This document shows positions 57,871 to 64,000 of a stretch of 64,000 nt of DNA, piece after piece. Below the pieces are notes generated by a model that saw only the letters and a program-made list of their open reading frames with translations, made no database searches and had not been told where the DNA came from. A program made the position numbers and the translations under genes. Each line of letters opens with the position of its first letter. Position 1 is the first letter of the stretch. This DNA comes from a virus: positions 16,676-80,675 of IMG/VR virus record IMGVR_UViG_3300020424_000003. One strand, given 5' to 3'.

Positions 57871-58224
57871 ATGGCAGATCGTAAAATCACACTTAATAAA
57901 ACATTCACCGTTGACCTAGCTGGTGACAGCATATGGGACAAGGAGAGAACCATCAACCCCAAGAGTGTTGAGGTCACAGGGATCACCCTAAGAGAGTCAG
58001 ATTATGGTGATGGAGACGTCTACTGGGACGCAACGATCACACATGATGGTCCCTGGGAGATCTACACAGACACAGGGTTCACCAAAGGGATCATGGAATT
58101 GCTGGGTCCTGGTTGGGAGGGAGACTTCTCAGAACAGGGAATGCAACAGGATGGTCTAGCCCATTTTGACATCCATTCTCACCCATATGAGATAAAAAAT
58201 CCGCTAGAATTGGAGGCAAATTAG
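57871..58224 (+). CDS. Hypothetical early protein
   Basis: WEIYTDTGF...FSEQGMQ. Confidence 0.7.
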   Translation: MADRKITLNKTFTVDLAGDSIWDKERTINPKSVEVTGITLRESDYGDGDVYWDATITHDGPWEIYTDTGFTKGIMELLGPGWEGDFSEQGMQQDGLAHFDIHSHPYEIKNPLELEAN

Positions 58225-58277
58225 GGGTTGACAAATCCCTAATTTGGTGATATATTAATAGTATGAAAGAGGGCAAA

Positions 58278-58934
58278 ATGAAAAAAACACTATTCGCAAC
58301 CGTCCTACTCGCAGGTATGGCAAGTTCAGGGGTGGCCGCAGACAAATTAAAATCATTCGATCACGCCGCGGAGTTGACTTCGCAGGCCAAGACCATATTA
58401 TTTCAAGAATTAAACACCGCAGACGTTCCCAACACAGACCACCAGCAGATTGTATGCCTTGCTGAGAACATCTACTTTGAAGCCAGAGCAGAGAGCATGG
58501 AAGGCAAGGCCGCAGTCGCGAATGTCACAAGGAACAGGGTTGAGGACAAGAGATGGCCTGGTACCTACTGTGAAGTGGTACAACAGGGACCAGTGAGGGA
58601 GAGTTGGAAGACCAAACAACACGCCGACCTACCCGATGATCAGAGAGTTTATTATCCTAGGAAACACAGATGCCAGTTCAGTTGGTATTGTGATGGCAAG
58701 AAGGACATCATATGGGCCAACAAGGAGAAATCAGGTCTGACCATAGAAGGTAATGCAAGGGCCTGGAGAGAAGCAGTGAGAATCTCCATATATGTGCATG
58801 GCCATGGTGGATTCAGGGTCAACGACAACACCAAGGGGGCTGTGTATTATTATGCCCACAATTTGGTATATCCTACATGGGCAGATCAGAAGGATTTAAC
58901 CGTGATCATTGGAAATCACACTTTTATGAAATAA
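58278..58934 (+). CDS. SleB/Hydrolase_2-family cell-wall hydrolase
   Basis: Signal peptide; CLAENIYFEARAE, VANVTRNRV, CQFSWYCDG, IGNHTF. Confidence 0.9.
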   Translation: MKKTLFATVLLAGMASSGVAADKLKSFDHAAELTSQAKTILFQELNTADVPNTDHQQIVCLAENIYFEARAESMEGKAAVANVTRNRVEDKRWPGTYCEVVQQGPVRESWKTKQHADLPDDQRVYYPRKHRCQFSWYCDGKKDIIWANKEKSGLTIEGNARAWREAVRISIYVHGHGGFRVNDNTKGAVYYYAHNLVYPTWADQKDLTVIIGNHTFMK

Positions 58935-59002
58935 ATGGTTGACAAACCGAATAATTGGATATATTATAATAGTATAATGAAACAACAAACAAGAGAGGGC
59001 AA

Positions 59003-59188
59003 ATGAGCAAAACAGGACAATGGGTTTATTCAATGCAAGAGGACGCATGGGAGATGACCAGAGAAGAATTCATCGCAAAGCATGGTCAACACAATGTTGA
59101 CATCTGGGATGATGAAAAGGCAAAGGCTGATGGCGAGCCCACAGCTGATGAGATCAATGAGATGTACATGGAATGGAGGAATGTATAA
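59003..59188 (+). CDS. Hypothetical early protein
   Basis: Promoter and GAGGGC leader. Confidence 0.65.
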   Translation: MSKTGQWVYSMQEDAWEMTREEFIAKHGQHNVDIWDDEKAKADGEPTADEINEMYMEWRNV

Positions 59189-59412
59189 TGAAACTTAATC
59201 CAGTAGGTTCAAACATGAACGAAGTTGAGATCGGAGGCAAGAGCATCCTGTTCTCATACAAGACCCCAGTCGCAGGTTATGATGATCTGGGTGCGTTTAG
59301 GTCAGAGGATTACTTCTCGGTGACGACCTCAAAACATATCAACAAGTACCTAGGTGGCAAGGATATTGGCCGAAAGGTACCGCAATCATACATCGAAGGG
59401 TTGGTTGCGTAA
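59188..59412 (+). CDS. Hypothetical protein
   Basis: LFSYKTPVA...SVTTSKHINKYL. Confidence 0.7.
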   Translation: MKLNPVGSNMNEVEIGGKSILFSYKTPVAGYDDLGAFRSEDYFSVTTSKHINKYLGGKDIGRKVPQSYIEGLVA

Positions 59413-59603
59413 TGCAGAAGATTCTCGCAGTATTGATCATGGTCCCCATGTTGGGGGCCTGTTCGATGACAGGCAAGGATATGATCAAGACAGCGAACTT
59501 GATCAAGAATGCTTCTAATCTATCCAAAGCTGGTGTCCAGGAGGAATTGATTGTCAAGACCAAGGACATTTTGGATCCGAATAGAGGCGGAGGCAAATGG
59601 TAA
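59412..59603 (+). CDS. Putative small lipoprotein
   Basis: Lipobox LGAC. Confidence 0.55.
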   Translation: MQKILAVLIMVPMLGACSMTGKDMIKTANLIKNASNLSKAGVQEELIVKTKDILDPNRGGGKW

Positions 59604-59695
59604 CATTTTGGAAAAGAAATGGTTGACAGATCCGATCCAATGTGTTATTATATACAAACTAATGAATAGGCAATTTCTAAATTTAAGGAGGCAAT

Positions 59696-60037
59696 ATGTC
59701 TACAAATAAACTATATACCGTGGCAGGAACTTCAAGTTTCAACGGTAAAACTAAGGTAAGGTTTGCGAACGATTATGTGAGCAGATTCAAAATCCTAACC
59801 AAAAATGGTCACGAGAATATCGAGATCATGGAACTTGATTCAGCGATGTCCAAAGGCGATATCTGTAAGTTCCTATCAACGCATGAGAAGTTTCAATCAG
59901 AAGCTCAGCAATCAGCGATCGCAGAGTTCGTGGTAAGAAACGTCAAGGTTGATACAGCACCAACACCAGCAATCAATGACATGGTCAAACAAGAGGCCGA
60001 GTCAGCTGAAGTTGAGACTGAGACTGAATCAGCATAA
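59696..60037 (+). CDS. Hypothetical early protein
   Basis: TVAGTS...KVRFAND...LTKNGH. Confidence 0.75.
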   Translation: MSTNKLYTVAGTSSFNGKTKVRFANDYVSRFKILTKNGHENIEIMELDSAMSKGDICKFLSTHEKFQSEAQQSAIAEFVVRNVKVDTAPTPAINDMVKQEAESAEVETETESA

Positions 60038-60237
60038 ACTAGCACAAGAACCAAAGACGATTAAGACCTGGGGTTGAATTATAGCCCCAGGCATCGTTGC
60101 CCCACATCTTCCATTATAACATATTTGGACAGCCCTGTCAACCGTTTTCTTTTTACATTAATTTAATTTTTTGGTTGCATTTTGGAAAAAAGTATGCAAT
60201 AATAAAACATAATAAAAACTTAAACAAAAGAGGGCAA

Positions 60238-60525
60238 ATGCAAATAACAGAAAAACAATTACAACACATGGTGTATTTTTTAACACACAAGGCAAACTAT
60301 AAAGTTGGTTTGTTTGACGATGACATTGATTTTAATGTTAACACTACAAGCGAATTGATTGACAATGCAAAATACTTGATTGACACTTTTTACAAAAAGG
60401 GCTTGACTTTTACAGAGGCGATGGAGTGTGTTACAGATTACAGATATGACGACGATTGCATAAATGAAGGCATACAAGAAATGTGGGACGACTATTGCAA
60501 GGAGAACAATATTTTTAAAGACTAG
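60238..60525 (+). CDS. Hypothetical early protein
   Basis: AGAGGGCAA-ATG leader. Confidence 0.65.
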   Translation: MQITEKQLQHMVYFLTHKANYKVGLFDDDIDFNVNTTSELIDNAKYLIDTFYKKGLTFTEAMECVTDYRYDDDCINEGIQEMWDDYCKENNIFKD

Positions 60526-60526
60526 G

Positions 60527-60568
60527 GGTGTTGCAAAAATGCAACAGGTGTTGTAAAAATGCAACACC
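60527..60568. repeat. Tandem palindromes TGTTG(C/T)A-AAAA-TGCAACA
   Basis: Two copies with a 20-bp period upstream of the promoter at 60589. Confidence 0.8.
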
Positions 60569-60649
60569 TATACCTCTAAAAAAAATGGTTGACATATAGC
60601 AAAAGAGGTGCTATATTAAGAGTATAATAAGAAACAGAAAGAGGGCAAA

Positions 60650-60835
60650 ATGTTATCATTAATAGGTTTATTCGCAATCGCGTTCGTCATCGTCAAGTAC
60701 TTCCCGGACATACTGATGTTCACAGTGAAGGCGGCGATCGTTCTAATCGGGCTTTACTTCCTGCTTGGAGCACTCCTTTGGATCTTTGGGGCTTCGATCG
60801 CACTAAACATCAATGGAGCATTGTTAGGAATTTAA
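60650..60835 (+). CDS. Small membrane protein
   Basis: Hydrophobic; GAGGGC leader. Confidence 0.65.
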   Translation: MLSLIGLFAIAFVIVKYFPDILMFTVKAAIVLIGLYFLLGALLWIFGASIALNINGALLGI

Positions 60836-60898
60836 TGGTTGACAAACATCTATTTTGGATGTATATTAATAATATAAACTAAAAAAGCGAGGGCAAAA

Positions 60899-61165
60899 AT
60901 GAGTACAGATTTAAAAAGCAGAAACAGAGGCACAGTAGGATTGACAAGATTCTGGGGTGGCGAGAACAGAGGAGCCTGTGTGCAGGTTACTACCGCTAGG
61001 GATTGGAGAAAAGAAGGCGACAGATCTGCCGCAGACAAGTTCTTCAATCATGTGACGTTGAGCAAGAGTGAGGCAGTTGCATTGGCTCAGGACTTGTTGG
61101 ACTTTGCAGGCGATACCGCTGAACAGGAGTTCGACGATGCAGTATTGGAGGTACAGGGCAAATGA
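60899..61165 (+). CDS. Hypothetical early protein
   Basis: LTRFWGG..RG.CVQVT. Confidence 0.7.
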   Translation: MSTDLKSRNRGTVGLTRFWGGENRGACVQVTTARDWRKEGDRSAADKFFNHVTLSKSEAVALAQDLLDFAGDTAEQEFDDAVLEVQGK

Positions 61166-61353
61166 AGACAGCAATCACGTTCATAGGCTATCTTTTGGTA
61201 GCATTGGGTATCATGGCAATGGCCGGATCAGCAGGAGACTGTGATGGCAAGTGTGTGGAGAATGCCAACACCATGTTGGAGATGTTGACATTCGCAGGGC
61301 TTGGATTGGCCATGTTCCTATTTGGTTTCATGTTAATTTTACAGAAAAACTAA
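61162..61353 (+). CDS. Small two-TM protein
   Basis: Two hydrophobic segments flanking CDGKC. Confidence 0.6.
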   Translation: MKTAITFIGYLLVALGIMAMAGSAGDCDGKCVENANTMLEMLTFAGLGLAMFLFGFMLILQKN

Positions 61354-61442
61354 ATTAGGGGTTGACAGTTACAGTAAAAGATCATATACTGTATACATAA
61401 TAAGAAATTAGGCAATAACAACATTTTAAAAGAGAGGGCTAA

Positions 61443-62447
61443 ATGACACAACAAATCAAAATCAAATCCGGTAGTTACAAGATCAGAGGCAAGGACGTTG
61501 AACTTGCTGGCATGGTATTTCCAATGGTGGAGCCATTCAAGGTTGGAGCCGCTGGTGGTTACGTAACTGTTGACGGCAAGGCGATTGCTGGATTCCCAGA
61601 TCGTAACATCAAGATCAAGATTGACTCAGCAGATGACTATGAGTTAACAAGAGCAAAAACTACTGTTAGAGAAGAGACAGATGAAGAGACCATCGACCGT
61701 CTCAGAGAAAGATTCCAAATCCTAGAAGACATGACTCGTGCTTGTAAGAAGGGCGACGTCAGGGCAATGATAGTTACAGGCCCTCCAGGAGTTGGCAAGT
61801 CGTTTGGTGTCGAGAAGGTTCTTGGCAAGCATGAGCTGATCGCTGAGCTAGGTGACAGACCTGCGAAGTACCAAGTTGTGAAGGGTGCTATGTCGGCGAT
61901 TGGTTTATACTGTAAACTGTACAACTATGCCGACAAGGATAACGTACTAGTTTTTGATGACTGTGATAGCATTCTTCAAGAAGACCTTTCACTAAACATA
62001 TTGAAGGCCGCTCTTGACTCTAAGAAGACAAGACGTATCCATTGGAACACTGATTCATTCAAGCTAAGGAATGAGGGTGTGCCGGACAGTTTCGAGTTCA
62101 AGGGTAGTGCGATATTCATTACCAACATCAAGTTTGACAACGTTAAGTCAAAGAAGATGAGAGATCATCTAGAAGCAATTGAGTCCAGATGTCACTACAT
62201 CGATCTCACTATTGATACTGAGAGGGAGAAGATGCTACGTATCAAGCAGATAGTGAGCGATGGTATGTTGAAGGACTATCAGTTCTCAGAAGAAACAACT
62301 GAGAGAGTGATGGACTTCGTGGACATCAACAAGAAGAACTTACGTGAACTGAGTTTACGTACAGTACTTAAAATCGCGGACTTGGCCAAAGCATTTCCAA
62401 GCAACTGGGAAGCTATGGCAGAGAACACAGTACTACGTAGAGCCTAG
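61443..62447 (+). CDS. AAA+/P-loop ATPase
   Basis: Walker A GPPGVGKS; Walker B LVFDD; FITN; SRC. Confidence 0.85.
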   Translation: MTQQIKIKSGSYKIRGKDVELAGMVFPMVEPFKVGAAGGYVTVDGKAIAGFPDRNIKIKIDSADDYELTRAKTTVREETDEETIDRLRERFQILEDMTRACKKGDVRAMIVTGPPGVGKSFGVEKVLGKHELIAELGDRPAKYQVVKGAMSAIGLYCKLYNYADKDNVLVFDDCDSILQEDLSLNILKAALDSKKTRRIHWNTDSFKLRNEGVPDSFEFKGSAIFITNIKFDNVKSKKMRDHLEAIESRCHYIDLTIDTEREKMLRIKQIVSDGMLKDYQFSEETTERVMDFVDINKKNLRELSLRTVLKIADLAKAFPSNWEAMAENTVLRRA

Positions 62448-62586
62448 CCCTCACTAACTTGCTCCGAGTACTGTTAGCCCCTGGTAGAGTTGTGCCCTCG
62501 ACTTTATCAGGGGCACTTTTTTGGTTGACATATCTGGATTTAGACCATATACTCAATATATAATTAGAAAACAAAGAGAGGGCTAA

Positions 62587-62934
62587 ATGAACTACAAACT
62601 TTACCAAATACACTTAACAGACGCAGAAGTAGACCAGGTCAATGCAGAAGGCCACAATAGTGTGCCCAAGCAAAAGCTGAAGCTGGATATGAACTTTAAC
62701 GAGTCACCAGAAGCCATTGCCAAAGAAGGTATGGACAAGGGTTACTTCACACACGTTTCAAACATATACACAGAGCAGGGCCTAGAGGGTGTGTTCGAAG
62801 TAGGGAACATAGGCCCTGAAGCTAACATAGAGAGGTTGGCTCCTATGTACTCTGTGAGTGTAGGGGACGTTGTAGAGACTCCAGAGGGTGTGCGTCACGT
62901 TGTAGCGAGTATGGGATTCAAGCAACTCGCATAG
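62587..62934 (+). CDS. YodL-like protein
   Basis: YKLYQI...LEGVFEVGN...SVSVGDVV. Confidence 0.6.
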   Translation: MNYKLYQIHLTDAEVDQVNAEGHNSVPKQKLKLDMNFNESPEAIAKEGMDKGYFTHVSNIYTEQGLEGVFEVGNIGPEANIERLAPMYSVSVGDVVETPEGVRHVVASMGFKQLA

Positions 62935-62955
62935 AATCAAACGATAAACGAAAAG

Positions 62956-62983
62956 GTCCCGGCTTGATGTCGGGATTTTTTTT
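62956..62983 (+). terminator. Rho-independent terminator
   Basis: TCCCGGC...GTCGGGA followed by a T-tract. Confidence 0.75.
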
Positions 62984-63302
62984 GACCGAATGGTCGAGGG
63001 GCACGGGGCGTTATAACACAAACTCAACAAGCTACTAGCAAGTGAGCAGGGGTAAAATCACCACCCAGAAATGAAAAGTACTTCACCTTAATTTTTTGTA
63101 ATCTAATTTTTTTGGATTAAAGACCCTTTTCGTGTACTGCCCAAACTATCAATAGCAATAGTATCAACAGTACTGCATAGGGTAACCACACGTAGTACTT
63201 GTATGCTAGTGTGTATACGAATGCCATTATGTTGTGTATGTTGTCCATTTGTAATATTTAAACTTGACTATTACCCAGTTTTATAGTACTATAAGTATTA
63301 AT

Positions 63303-63575
63303 ATGCAACACACACGTTTAATATTAATTGTCTTGTGTTTGACCTCTTTGATGGGTTGTTCACAGGCTACACTATTAAGCTCTATAGGAGTTGGCATGGG
63401 TGTGGCTCAAAAAAGCACTTGGTCAACTGTGTATTCGGGTGTGGATTTGGGCGTGAGTGCAACCACAGACAAATCAATACGTGAACACGTACTAGGCGAA
63501 AGCACCACTGACACAGAAGGATCACACCTTACCACCACACATAATAACCGCATAGAATGGGTCACCCCCAAGTAA
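63303..63575 (+). CDS. Putative lipoprotein
   Basis: Lipobox LMGC. Confidence 0.55.
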   Translation: MQHTRLILIVLCLTSLMGCSQATLLSSIGVGMGVAQKSTWSTVYSGVDLGVSATTDKSIREHVLGESTTDTEGSHLTTTHNNRIEWVTPK

Positions 63576-63691
63576 ATTCAAGATCAAAATTTTTTGCACA
63601 CATATTTTTTTGAGTTATATACCCATTTCGGATTATAGACCCACACATAAATACAGTTGTTACACATATTCATTATTACAGGAGACGGCGC

Positions 63692-64000
63692 ATGGAAGAA
63701 CCTAAATTCAACAACAAGATAGAAGATCTTGAAGATCAACTGTGGGATATCAAACAAAGGCTTGAATACGTGGAGTCAGTGTTGGAGATTGAACCAGAAG
63801 ATGAAGATGATGACTATGATCCCACACTACACCCAAGCATGGAAGATGATCACTCAGGTGATGACGACTATTTTGATCAGGATGATCCACTCAAGCACAC
63901 ACATGATGATGGCACTGAGCATTCACATGAAGGTGGTGATCAACCACATGATCATGATGATGACGATGTCAAACCAGAAGACTTGGATCACTCCAATGCG
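63692..64000 (+). CDS. Asp/His-rich protein (partial, runs off the right edge)
   Basis: TAAATA and AGGAG; MEEPKFNN...HTHDDGTEHSHEGGDQPHDH. Confidence 0.7.
   Translation, partial: MEEPKFNNKIEDLEDQLWDIKQRLEYVESVLEIEPEDEDDDYDPTLHPSMEDDHSGDDDYFDQDDPLKHTHDDGTEHSHEGGDQPHDHDDDDVKPEDLDHSNA

Larger units (their letters stand above)
44947..62560 (+). promoter_or_regulatory. Array of about 17 sigma70-type early promoters
   Basis: TTGAC (mostly GGTTGAC) at 44947, 45643, 46522, 48320, 49474, 50926, 51706, 52181, 53580, 57805, 58228, 58939, 59623, 60589, 60839, 61362, 62525, each followed by an AT-rich -10 region. Confidence 0.85.

Noticed and set aside
1-64000. Bacterial chromosome, or stop-codon reassignment
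   Set aside because: T4-type late promoters, virion genes and gene density indicate phage; long genes are intact in the standard code

Overview
A 64-kb segment of a large, AT-rich, T4-like (myovirus-type) lytic phage genome. The host is most likely a marine alphaproteobacterium, judged from the circularly permuted two-piece tmRNA, the Shemin-pathway ALA synthase and the alpha-type DnaK. 1-32 kb (minus strand): host-takeover and metabolic genes (Trp-halogenase family, heme oxygenase, ClpS, DnaK, Hsp20, GuaC, bS21, CspA, NrdAB, glutaredoxin, Nth, NifU, five 2OG-Fe(II) oxygenases), tRNA-Asp/Ala, tmRNA, PAAR and tail genes, and a block of putative capsid-internal proteins under TAAATA late promoters. 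32-45 kb (mixed strands): accessory region with an unannotated pqqA, a Pho-box-preceded PiT-like transporter, a structured-leader small-protein operon, ALAS-YbaN and a HemD-like gene. 45-64 kb (plus strand): early region of about 17 repeated sigma70 promoter cassettes, four more tRNAs including a long-variable-arm tRNA-Ile(UAU), and a non-coding locus with NrdR boxes. Strongest non-obvious signals: two CTC-A9 recoding sites whose -1 frames fill otherwise empty gaps, NrdR boxes unlinked to nrdAB, ROSE-like thermometers on both hsp20 and dnaK, a 29-residue tmRNA tag, and an orphan pqqA. All calls come from reading motifs by eye; no searches or folding programs were run.
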